From Mobula hypostoma (Eukaryota): DNA of 64,000 nt. The stretch's first letter is position 1. Every line of letters starts with the position of its first letter. The notes beneath the pieces were generated by a model. The model saw only the letters and a list, made by a program, of their open reading frames with translations. It did not search any database and was not told the origin of the DNA. Made by a program: the position numbers and the translations under genes. Location of the stretch: positions 13,516,001 through 13,580,000 of the forward strand of contig NC_086103.1 of NCBI RefSeq assembly GCF_963921235.1. Reading direction: 5' to 3'. This document shows positions 52,752 to 64,000 of this stretch, in pieces.

Positions 52752-55219
52752 TGTGTTGTAAAATTTGTTGTTTTGTGGCAGAGGGAAAGAACCAGTGGTA
52801 GTAACAAGAAGAGGGCATGTGCTGGGTGTTGAGGGTCCTTCCTGATGGGCCAGATTCTCCTCTTATTTCTGGTGGTTTTACGGCCATTGGCATTTCTGTA
52901 CCAGGCAGTGATGCAACCATTTAGGATTGTCTCTACCAGGATGGCGGGATGATCAGAGTTCAAAGTAAAATTATTACTAAAGGGCATATATGTTTTCATT
53001 TACTACCCTGAGATTCATTTTCTTGTAGGCATTCACAGTAAATACAAAGATACTTAATAGAATCAATGGAAGACAGCATGCGACAAGACAGACAGCCAAT
53101 GTGCAAAATACAACAAACTACAGATAGAAAAAGAAAGAGAAATAATGGCAATACATAGATAAGCGATAAACATTGAGTACGAGATGAAGAGTCCGTGAAA
53201 GTGATTCATAGGTTGTGGGAACAGTTCATTGTTGGGGTGAGTGAACCTCAGTGTATTTGAATGAAGGAGTGAAGGGGTGGATAAAAGAGGGATCAGACAA
53301 GTGATTATGACTGCACAATAGGCAGCTGCACATTTCCTTGAAGTGGTGAAGCAAAAGTCTAGGTACACGTAAAAAAAATTCTGCAAAGCTAAGATGCTTT
53401 CAAGAATAATAAAATGAGAAGTTTCTAAAGATCAAAAAATACTATAAAGAGCAGTGAACAGCAAAAAAAAGACTAAATCAAATCAATAACAAACAAGCGA
53501 AAATCTGCAGATGCTGGAAATCTGAGCAACACACAAAATGCTGGAGGAACTCAGCAGGCCAGGTAGCATCCATGGAAAAAGAGTACAGTCGACGTTTTGG
53601 GCTGAGACCCTTCATCAGGACTTACAAGGACATTGCAAAAACCGGAGGGCCTGGGTTATGGTGGGGGGGTGTGTCTGGCCAGTCCAGGTCTTTATTCCTT
53701 GGAACGTAGGAAAATGAAGGGTGACTTCATGACTGTTTAATTTATTGTTTAACTATATTTAAAATTTTAGTCTCCCTAAAAACTCAAAGCTCTCAACCCT
53801 CTCCACCTCAGTACAATAGAGGTGTGAACTCTACTCTGTTCCTGAAGTCAATGCCCAGTGCCCAGCTCCTTGATTTGCTGACCTGTCTACATGTCTCTTG
53901 GCTTTCTATCTCAGAATCAGAATCGAGTTAATATCTCTGGCAAACATCGTGAAATATGTTGTACGCACAAATCAAAACTAAATTGAATCAGTCATGCAAA
54001 AAGAGAGCCAGAAAAATACTGAGGTGGTCTTCATAGCTTCACTGTCCATTCAGAAATCTGATGGTGGAGGGGAAGAAGCCGTTCCTGAATCGTCAAGTGT
54101 GTGTCTTCAGGCTCCTGTAGCTCCTCCTTGATGGTAGTGATTAAAGAGGGCATATCCTGGGTATCTCCTTCCCGTACTCAATTTCATTGTTGCTTGAGAT
54201 CTCGAGAGATACTACAGTGGTGTCATCTGCAGGCTTGTAGATGTTGTGGTGGAGGCGTGCCCTCCCACTTTATGGAAAATTGATAGTCATAGAGCACTGC
54301 ACCACAGAAACAGGCCATTTGGCCCATCTAGTGTGTGCTGAACCATTAATCTGCTGAGTCCCATCGACCTACACCCGGACCATGCCCTCCATTCCTCTCC
54401 CATCCATGTTCCTATCCAAATTTCTGTAAAACATTGAAATCAAACTCACATCCACCACTTACACTGGCAGCTCATTCCACACTCTCACTACCCTCTGAGT
54501 GAAGAAGTTCTCCCTCATGTTCCCCTTAAGTATTTCACCTTTCACCCTTAACCCTTGATCCTGATTTCAAGTTTCACCCGACTTCCATGGAAAAAGCCTG
54601 CTTGCATTTACCCTCATAATCAATTCTCCCTCATTCTGCTACACTCCAGAGAACAAAGTCCCAACCTGTTCAACCTTTCCCTGTAACTCAGGTCCTCAAG
54701 TCTTCCATTATTAGAAACATCCTCTCCACGTCCACTCTATCGAGGCCTTTCAATATGCGATAGGTTTCAATAAGAATCCCCCTCATACTTCTCAACTCCA
54801 GAGAGTACATGGCCCAGAGCCATTAAATGCTCCTCATATGTTAACCCTTTCACTCCTGGAATCATCCTCGTGAACCTCCTCTGGATCATGAGCAGCATAG
54901 ACAGGGCGAATGCACTCAGTCTTTTCCCCGGAGCTGGGAATGAGGAACCAGGGGGCCCAGGTTTAAACTGAAAGGAGAAAGATTTAAGAGGAACTTGAGA
55001 GGAAACTTGTTTGCAGAAATTATGTAATCTCTGTGGAACGAGCTGCTGGAGGAAGTAGTTGAGGCAGGTACAACAGTAAATTCGAAAAGAGAGTTGGATA
55101 GTTCAATGAATTTGAAGGGTTTAGAAGGGTAAGGGTCATTCACTGGTGGATAGGAATACTGTGGATTGGGCTTCTGGGCTGGTATGGAGCAGAATGGCCG
55201 AAAGGCCTGCTTCCATCCT

Positions 55220-56346
55220 GTATGACTCTGTGAGTGTGAGGTACACAAGTATGACTCTGTGAGACTGACGTACACAATTATGACACTGTGAGTGTGTGGT
55301 ACACAAGTATGACCCTGTGACTGTGAGGTACACAAGTATGACTGTGTGAGTGTGAAACACACATGTATGACTCTGTGAGTCTATGAGATACACAAATATG
55401 ACTCTGTGAGAGTGAGATACACAAGTATGACTCTGTGAGTCTATGAGATCCACAGGTATGACTCTGTGAGTGTGAAATACACAAGTATGACTCTGTGAGT
55501 CTATGAGATCCACAAGTATGACTCTGTGAGTGTGAGGTACACAACTGTGACTCTGTGAGTCTGAGATATACAAGTATGCCTCTGTGAGTGTGCGATACAC
55601 AAGTATGACTCTGTGAGTGTGAGATACACAAGTATGATTCTGTGAGTATGAGGAACACAAGTATGACTGTGTGAGTGTGAAACACACAAGTATGACTCTG
55701 GGAGTCTATGAGAGACACAAGTATGACTCTGTGAGTGTGAGGTACACAAGTATGACTGTGTGAGTGTGAAATACCCAAGTATGACTCTGTGAGTCTATGA
55801 GATCCACAAGTATGACCCTGTGACTGTGAGGTACACAAGTTTGACTCTGTGAGTGTGAGGTACACAAGTATGACTGTGTGAGTGTGAAACACATATGTAT
55901 GACTCTGTGAGTCTAATAGATACACAAGTATGGCTCTGTGAGTGTGAGATACACAAGTATGACTCTGTGAGTCTATGAGATAAACAAGTATGGCTCTGTG
56001 AGTGTGAGATACACAAGTATGACTCTGTGAGTCGATGAGATACACAAGTATGACTGTGTGAGTGTGAAATACACAAGTATGACTCTGTGAGTCTATGAGA
56101 TACACAAGTATGACTGTGTGAGTGTGCAATACACAAGTATGACTCTGTGAGTCTATGAGATACACAAGTATGACTGTGTGAGTGTGAAATACGCAAGTAT
56201 GACTCTGTGAGTCTTTGAGATCCACAAGTATGACCCTGTGAGTGTGAAATACACAAGTATGACTCTGTGAGTCTTTGAGATCCACAAGTATGACCCTGTG
56301 AGTGTGAGGTACACAAGTTTGACTCTGTGAGTCTGAGGTACACAAG
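55220..56346 (+). repeat. Minisatellite, 28-30 bp units (tacacaagtatgactctgtgagt...), ~39 copies
   Basis: Tandem units with no spacers. It begins exactly at a CR1 3' tail. Confidence 0.92.
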
Positions 56347-57742
56347 ACCACAACCGGTTTCAGCAGCTCAGTAGAAGGAAGTGGATCAAGGAGACACAAG
56401 TTTAAACTGTTCGACAGAGGTGCAGAGAACCTGTGCGGACAAAGCTGGTTATGATGTGGAACTGTGTACCAGGAAGCAGACAAAACCACAGGGGAACTGA
56501 GGAGGTTTTAGAAACAGAACAATTTCTATGTTACAGGGGGAATGGGAATGAACATCGAACATAAAGCTGCATGGTTGTGTAGTCGTTACTGTGACAGTGA
56601 ATGGGGTTCAATTCCCACTGCTGTCTGTAAGGAGTTTGTACGTTCTCCCCGTCACCATGCAGGTTTCCTCTGGGTGCTCTGGTTTCCTCCCAGAGTCCAA
56701 AGACGGACGGGTCAGTAGCTTAATTGGTCATGTGTGTGTAATTGGGCAGCACGGGCTCATCACGTTGGGTCAGAAAGGGCCCATTACCGTGCTGACTCTC
56801 TAAAACTTGGTAAGGTTCAGCAGAGAACCGCTCCTTCAGCCCACAATGTTGTGCCAAACTTTGAAACTACTTCAGAATCAATCTAACCCTTCCCTCCCAC
56901 CTAACCCTCCGTTTTCCTACCATCCGTGTGCCTCTTAAATATTCTGAATGTACCTGCCTCTACCACCACCCTGGCAGCGTGTTGCACACACCCACCATTC
57001 TGTGTAAAAAACCTGCCTCTGATATCCCCCTTATACTTTCCTCCAAACACCTTAAAATTATGCTCCCTTGTATAATCCATTTCCACCCTGGGAAAAAGTC
57101 TCTGGCTGTTTACTTGATCTATGTCTTTTATCATCTTTACACCTCTATTGAGTCACCTCTCATCCTCCCTCACTCCAAAGAGAAAAGCCCTAGCTCACAC
57201 AACCTGTCCTCATAAGACATGCCCTCTAATCCTGGCAGCAAAATCTCCTCTGCACCCTCTCTAAAGCTTCCAGATTCTTCCTATAATGAGGTGACCAGAA
57301 CTGAATGCAATTCTCCAAGTGTGGTCAAACCAGGGTTTTATGGAGCTGTAACATTACCTCACAGCTCTTGAACTCAATCCCCTGACTACCGAAGGCCAGA
57401 ACGCTGCACCTTCCTTAATAACCCCATCACTTGCGCGTCAACTTTGAGGGAACTTTGGATGTGAACCCCCAGATCCCTCTGTTCCTGCACACTGCTGAGA
57501 ATCCTGCCGTTAACCCTGTACTCTGCCTCAAATTCAACCTTCCAAAGTGAATCTGTAATTTGCTGTCTGGGCTTGTGCAAGGAGAGCATTTGGCTCTGGG
57601 GTTTCTTGAGCAGTTTAATTGGTTAATTGATGTTTACCTAGTTTTGTTAATTGTTTAACCATGTTCAGTTTACTTTGATAGGCTTGGCGATTCAGCATCA
57701 CCTGTACTACTTAAGTGGTTGTTCCTTAGCACATATCGTGGG

Positions 57743-60700
57743 TTTTTCTCTCTCGACGGACTGGAAGCTGGCTGTGTTTTGTTTGATGTGTGAGTGTGTT
57801 TTGGAACCTGTTGAGGGAAAGAGAGTGGGGAAGGAACGGAAATTGCTGGGAGGGGGTCATGTGGGTCCGGTAATGGCGGACAAGATAAGAGGCGGGGTTG
57901 AGGGAAAGAAAGTGGAGAAGGAGAGGGATAGAGACTTGGGACCAGAGGTAGGCAGCTGGGGAGAGGTGGATTATTGTGAAGGGAGAAATAAAGGGAATGA
58001 GGAGGTAGTGAGGGGTCGGATGAATAAAAACCAAGACAAATGGAATAAAAGAATAAGAAATGATAGTGGAGAAAGCTCTGAAAGTGAGGAAGATGAACAA
58101 GCTCAGAGAGGAGGTGTTGTCATAATTAGGTTTAATGAGAAGGCTCAGGGACATATGAAGAAAATTAACCCGTTTGTGCTAACAACAATTCTGACAAATA
58201 AGGTAGGGGAAATAGTATTTGCAAAAGTCCTTAATGATGGCAATTTATTGGTAAGATGTGTGAATGAGGAACAACTTGAGAAAGCACTCAAGCTAAAAGA
58301 GATAGGAAAATGCAAGGTGGAATACACAGGGAGGGTGGGAGCACAAAACAGTGGTTGTAAAGGAGTGATCACGGGGATACCAATGAGTATAAATATGGAG
58401 GAGATAAAGAGGAATATCAAAGGAGGGAAAGTAATGAATGTTCAAACACTGAAAACAACAAAGGAGGGAGTGAAAAAGGAAAGTGAATCAGTATTGATTG
58501 AATTTGAAGAAGAAAGAGTGCCAAGGAAGGTGTTCCTGGGTTTCATTAGTTACCCAGTAAGGGCGTATGTGCCAAAGCCACTGAGGTGCTATAATTGTCA
58601 AAGGTTTGGACACGTGGCTAAAAACTGTAAAAGGCAGAGGAGATGTGCTAGATGTGGGGGTGATCATGAATATGGAAGGTGCGGAACAGGAGTTCAACCA
58701 AAATGCTGCAATTGTGGAGGAGCTCATAATGTTGCATATGGTGGGTGTGAGGTTTTCAGACGGGAGACTAAAATTCAAGAAATAAGAGTGAAAAGAAAGA
58801 TCACTTATGCAGAAGCTGTAAGAATGTCAAGAGAACAGAATAATGTTCCTAATGAACAGGGAGCAATAGGGATACGAGAGATGCAACAAAGAACAAATGA
58901 CAGGATTTATGTAGACAAAAAGGCTCTAGTAACATTCATTGCAGGAGTGATTAATAGTACTGCTGAGGTAAAGTCAAAAAGTGACAAAATTCAGCTGGTG
59001 GTAAAAGCAGCAGTAAACCATTTAGGGTTAGTAGGACTGACATGGGAGGAAGTGAGGGAGAACCTCAGTAATCAGGTCAAGCCAGGAAGTGTCATGTGTT
59101 GGTTAATACAAATTATGGTGATTCTTTTACAATGGAATGCAAGGAGCTTACTGGCCAATAGCCAGGAATTCAAGCACTTTATTAAAGAAATGGTTGTAAA
59201 ACCGGATGTAGTGTGTATTCAGGAAACTTGGTTGAAACCAACTTTAGACTTTGTGGTATATGGGTATACAATGATAAGGAAAGATAGAAATCTAGGGGGA
59301 GGAGGGGGTTGTGCTATGTTAATCAAGCAAGGTATACCATATAGGGTACTGGAAAAAGGAGATGATCAGGAATACATAGTGGTGGAAGTGTGGGAAAGAG
59401 GGGAGGGAGTGGTTATAATTAACTACTACAATCCATGTAAAAGTTTGGATTTGGACAGCCTATTAACGATACAAGGACAAAACAGACATAAAGTAGTGTG
59501 GTGTGCAGATTTCAATGCTCATAGCACAATATGGGGGGATCAGATTACAGATCCAAATGGAAAGGTAATTGAAGATTTGATGGAAGAAAGGGATTTGGCG
59601 TGTATGAATGATGGTAGCAGCACAAGGATAGATATAACAACAGGAACTGAGTCAGTGTTAGATATTACGTTAGTGTCTAATACCTTGGCTGGCATTAGTA
59701 ACTGGGGAGTTTGGACTGCTTCAACAGTAGGCAGTGATCACTACCCAGTTTTGTGTTCAGTGGGTGAAAGAATTGAAGTAAGACCAGGTGGCGGAACCCC
59801 AAAGTGGGTGTTTGAAAAAGCTGATTGGGGTAAGTTCCAGAAGTTGAGTGAAGAAGGGTTGACAAAGATTGATATTTCTGGAAATGTAGATGAATTAAAC
59901 AGTCAGGTGACTTCAGCAATTATCATGGCAGCAGAAGGATCTATACCTAGGAGTAAAAATAGAATGAATAGAAAACTGGTACCATGGTGGACAGAGGAAT
60001 GTTGTCAGGCTGTAAAAAACAGAAATAGAGCATTCAGGCTAGTTAAAAGAACCCATAATATGCAGCATTTGGTTCAATATAAGAAAGCACAGGCAGTGGT
60101 GAGAAGAACTATACGTCAAGCTAAAAGGGCAAGTTGGAGGAGTTTTTGCGACAAGGTAGGAAGAACAACACCTGTGGGAGAGATATGGGGAATGATTAAG
60201 AGGATGGGAGGAGATAGAGGGGAATGGGAATATCCAGTAATGATATCTGAGGAGGAAACTGCAGTCTCCAGTAGGGATAAGGCTGAGGTCATGGCCAAGT
60301 CATTTGTACTGATACACAGTTCAGAAAATTTGTCTGAAGAAGGGAGAAGAAGAAGGGAAAGAATAATGAGCCAACACCCAGGTGTGTTAAGCAGGAGGGA
60401 AGGAACAGATGATATAATTGATGATCCATTTACATTAGCAGAAATGGTGAAAGCAATAAAGAGATCGAGACCAACCTCCCCAGGGAAAGATCTGATATGC
60501 TCTGTGATGCTAAAAAATCTAGGAGAAGGAGCACTCTTGAAGTTGCTGCATTTTTATAACAGAGTGTGGGAGGAGGGAAGATTACCAAGTGCATGGGAAG
60601 AAGCAGTAGTAATTCCAATAAGGATGCCTGGCAAGGATCTGTCAAAACCCACTAGCTACAGACCAATTGCATTAACATCAAGTATATGTAAGATAATGGA

Positions 60701-63064
60701 AAGGATGATAACAGAAAGGTTATATGAGCTTGAGAAAAGGGGAATGCTGGCAAGTTATCAGAGTGGTTTTAGAAAGGGAAGGAATTCCATGGACTCAGTG
60801 ATTATGTTAGAGACTGAAATAAGGAAGGCCCAGGCAAATAGAGAGTCAGTAGTGGCAGTGTTCTTTGACATTGAAAAAGCCTATGATATGATGTGGAAGG
60901 AAGGATTATTAATTAAACTGCACAAGATGGGGGTTGGTGGGAGAGTTTTTAATTGGATTAAAGGTTTTTTGTTTGGTAGAAAAATTCAAGTTCAGATTGG
61001 ATCAGAATTATCAAAACAGTACATAGTGGAAAATGGCACACCTCAAGGTAGTGTGATTAGCCCGTTACTTTTCATCATTATGATCAATGATGTCTTCACA
61101 AAGGTACCAGTGGATATAAGTAGGTCACTGTTTGCGTATGATGGGGCCTTGTGGAAAAGAGGCAGGAACATGGACCATATAATCAGGAAACTACAAGAAG
61201 CAATTGATGAAGTGATGGAGTGGGGTTATGATTGGGGATGTAGATTTTCAGTAGACAAAACTCAAACTGTATTTTTTTACCAGGAAAAGGGTTGAGGTAG
61301 GGAAGAAGTTAAGGATGTATGGGGTTGAATTAGAAAGGGTTGCATCATTTAAATTTCTGGGAGTTATATTTGATTCACGATTAACATGGGCAGACCATAT
61401 CAGGAAAGTTGAGGAGAAATGTAAAAAAGTAATAAATGTGATGAGATGTTTGACTGGTAGGGAATGGGGAGCAAGTTGCTCAGCTTTGAAGAGAATGTAT
61501 GTGGCTTTAGTGAGATCTGTATTGGATTATGGAAATATAGTATATGGATCAGCAGCTAGGTCTCTTATAAGGAAACTGGATGTGATTCAGGCTCAGGCCT
61601 TGAGAGTGTAAAGTGGGGCTTTTAAAACGTCACCAGTGTCAGCACTACAGGTAGAAATGGGAATAATGCCTTTGGAACTAAGAAGGATGCAACTGATGGC
61701 AAACTACTGGGCTAACTTGCAGGGGCACAATGATTCTCACCCTACTAAAGGAGTGTTGCAGGAGTGCTGGGAAAATGGGAGGTTTCAGAGGGATACCTTT
61801 AGTCGGGTAGGGAATGATATCGCGAAAGAATGTGGAGTATTTGATCTGAGGATAAGTCCTTCAGTAGTTTATCCGGTTGTAGCTCCATGGAAGCTGGTAT
61901 GGCCTGACTTAGACTGGCATTTGTTAGAGGCAAAAAGGAAAGAAAGATATAAAACAGATTTGGTAAATGCATTTAACTGTCATGTGATGGAAAAGTATAG
62001 TGATTATACTCACATTTACGGATGGTGCGAAGGAACCTGAAACAGGAGTGACAGGGTTTGGGGTGGTAATACCAGCAAAAGAAATTGGAATCAGCAGAAG
62101 AACATCTAATAAGTTAGGGGTGTTTACAGTGGAGATGCTGGCAGTGTTGGTTGCGTTGCAATGGGTACAGAAAGCCAGACAAGCCAAAGCATTGATATGT
62201 TCAGATTCATCCTCAGTTCTAGCAAGTTTAAGGTCTTTTCACACAAACAGTCGGCAAGATGTACTTTATGAAGTTCTTCAGTTAGTTACAAGAATTGCAA
62301 ATCAGGGAGGTCAGGTAAAATTTCTATGGGTTCCAGCACATGTAGGGGTGAAGGGGAATGAGAGGGTGGATGATTTGGCAAAGAAGGCGTTAAAGAAAGA
62401 AAATGTGGAAATGCACATTAGTATCAGTAAAGCAGAGGTTAAGTGTGTAATCTGGGAAAAAGTCAACCGAATGTGGCAAGAAAGAAGGGACAGGGAGGGG
62501 AAAGGGAGGCATTTATATCAAATACAAAAGAGTGTTGCAGTTACTAGGGTAGGTAATGGAAACAGAAGAGAGGAAATTGTGTGGACTAGGTTAAGGCTGG
62601 GGCACTGAGCATTAAACAAAACATTGAAAATGACAGGGAAACACCAGACAGGATTGTGTGAGGAATGTCAGGAAGAGGAGTCAGTAGAACATGTAGTTTT
62701 GTGTTGCAGGAAGTATGGGATACAGAGAGAGATGATGAGAAATAAATTAAGGGAGTTGGGGATGCAGGAATTCACATTAAAAGGGTTGCTGGGCATGGGT
62801 GAGAGAGCACAAGTCCGGGTATTTTTAGCGTTTTTAAGGGGTACAGGGGTTTTTTTATAGCATATGACGGATAAACAGGAATAGGATACTAGGATGGTCA
62901 AAGATGGGAGGGTGAAGTGTAGGTTTGTGTGTGTGTGTGTGTGTGATTGGGTGAAGGGATTTAGAATGTATGTCTAGTGCACATTCTGGAGCAGAGGGTG
63001 GCGGTAATGCACCATTAAGCTGGATGCCAACTGCCGTAAAACAAGATACAGACAGACAGACAGA
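57743..63064 (+). mobile_element. Full-length Nimb/I-group LINE (ORF1 gag-like + APE-RT-RNase H), inactivated
   Basis: Three CCHC knuckles in ORF1, APE motifs LQWNARSL and SDHYP, RT motif GTPQGSVISP, RNase H motifs FTDGAK and WVPAHVG, a C-terminal Cys/His finger, a (caga)n tail and a TSD. Confidence 0.92.
57873..61295 (+). pseudogene. Nimb ORF1-ORF2 read in one frame (ORF2 Met at 59115); remainder in fragments 61315-62860
   Basis: The RT catalytic motif reads FAYD (61131-61142). Frameshifts and stops near 61280, 61610, 62010 and 62606. Confidence 0.8.
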
Positions 63065-63486
63065 CACTTATCGTGGGGTCCTAGTTTTAAGTTTCGTCCT
63101 GCGGTGTTGCTGGGTTGAGTCATCAGTGTTCTGTTGCTATTCCTATGTATAAACTCTGTTTGCCATCTCTGTGTGGGAAGGGAGACTACCGTTCCTCTGC
63201 ACTTAGCGTCCATCATTGCCAGTGCACACCGTCACAGAATCACTTCACACTTTTCTGGGTTGAATTCCACCTGCCACTTCTCAGCTCAGCTCTGGATCTA
63301 CTCGATCTTTGCCTCTTATCATCTCGTACACCTCTGCTGTGTACGTACATCTATTGATGCTTCTGGACGCATCTTCAGTGATCCTGGAATCATCAGGTGT
63401 TTCGGGTCTTTCAACATCATACAACCTCCTCCAGGTGACCCAGGCAGGGCTGATCAGACCCCAGCTTGTGTCCAGATGGCTAGCTA

Positions 63487-64000
63487 CTTATGACTCCATG
63501 GCTCCCCTCTTTTGAGCCACAGCCATCTTGAGGCCCTCTCTGCCGCATCGGTGGTACTGCGGATGGCTCTCCTCTTCCTCTCTGCCTCGATGCCCAAAAT
63601 GCTGAAGGCTCTAACTAAGGAACGGGCTGTGAATCCCCTACAACCAACCTCCACTGGGAGACACCTCGCTCTCCATCCAGCCTGCTGACAGTTGCTGACC
63701 AGTCCTGCGTACTTGGAGCGCTTCCTTTCAAAGGCCTCTTCCAAGCTGTCTTCCCAATGGGACTGTCAGCTCCAGCAGCACCACTTGCTTAGTAGACTCA
63801 GACACTAGGACAATGTCTGGTCGCAGGGTGGTGGCTGCGATGTGGTTGGGGAACTTCAGCTGCCCTTCGAGGTCCATGAACAGCTGCCAGTCCCTTGCAG
63901 AGGTCAGGATGCCTGCAGATGTTCGTTTGGCAGGTATTGGCTGCTCCCCAGCTCTGACAAAGGCAATGGTCTGCTTGGAGGATCGGGACCACTTCGCCCA
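63487..64000 (-). mobile_element. HERO-like non-LTR retrotransposon 3' end (restriction-like endonuclease), cut by window edge
   Basis: The minus strand reads LRPDIVLVSESTKQVVLLELTVP..EEAFERKRSKY..CLPVEVGCRGF, a PD-(D/E)xK RLE signature. Confidence 0.8.

Noticed and set aside
55136-56489. His/Thr/Cys-rich ORFs and a CRISPR-like periodic appearance
   Set aside because: Tandem units have no unique spacers, there are no cas genes, and the context is eukaryotic.
63104-63140. Two RFX half-sites around TGACTCA (minus strand TAGCAACAG..TGACTCA.CCCAGCAAC)
   Set aside because: Non-canonical spacing, no Y box, 21 kb from CD74, and possibly within a repeat interrupted by the Nimb element.

Overview
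Repeat-dense vertebrate genomic DNA. The CR1, Penelope, Rex and tRNA-derived V-SINE content points to a cartilaginous fish, probably a ray; this is inference. It is a scaffold with N gaps at 14127-14391, 22386-22627, 25550-26230 and 26283-26442. One host gene is recognisable and is missed by the ORF track because it is split into short exons: CD74 (MHC class II invariant chain, Ii) on the + strand. Its coding exons are 13544-13656, 24189-24367, 25154-25236, 26637-26696, 27774-27869, 30343-30445, 35130-35237, 39637-39834 and probably 42088-42119. All joins are GT-AG and phase-compatible, giving 323 aa with all exons. The main surprise is the frame-preserving exon at 35130-35237, which encodes a second CLIP-like peptide (11/19 identical to the exon-3 CLIP, no gaps). 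Non-repeat islands around the gene carry MHC-II-type X1/X2/Y, NF-kB and PU.1/IRF motifs. The rest is mostly decayed transposons: CR1, RTE, Rex/Babar, L1, Tx1, Penelope, Tc1, SINEs, a full-length Nimb/I LINE with target-site duplication, a HERO-like LINE end, and TE-seeded minisatellites. Exon coordinates were counted base by base; TE boundaries are approximate. No database searches were run.
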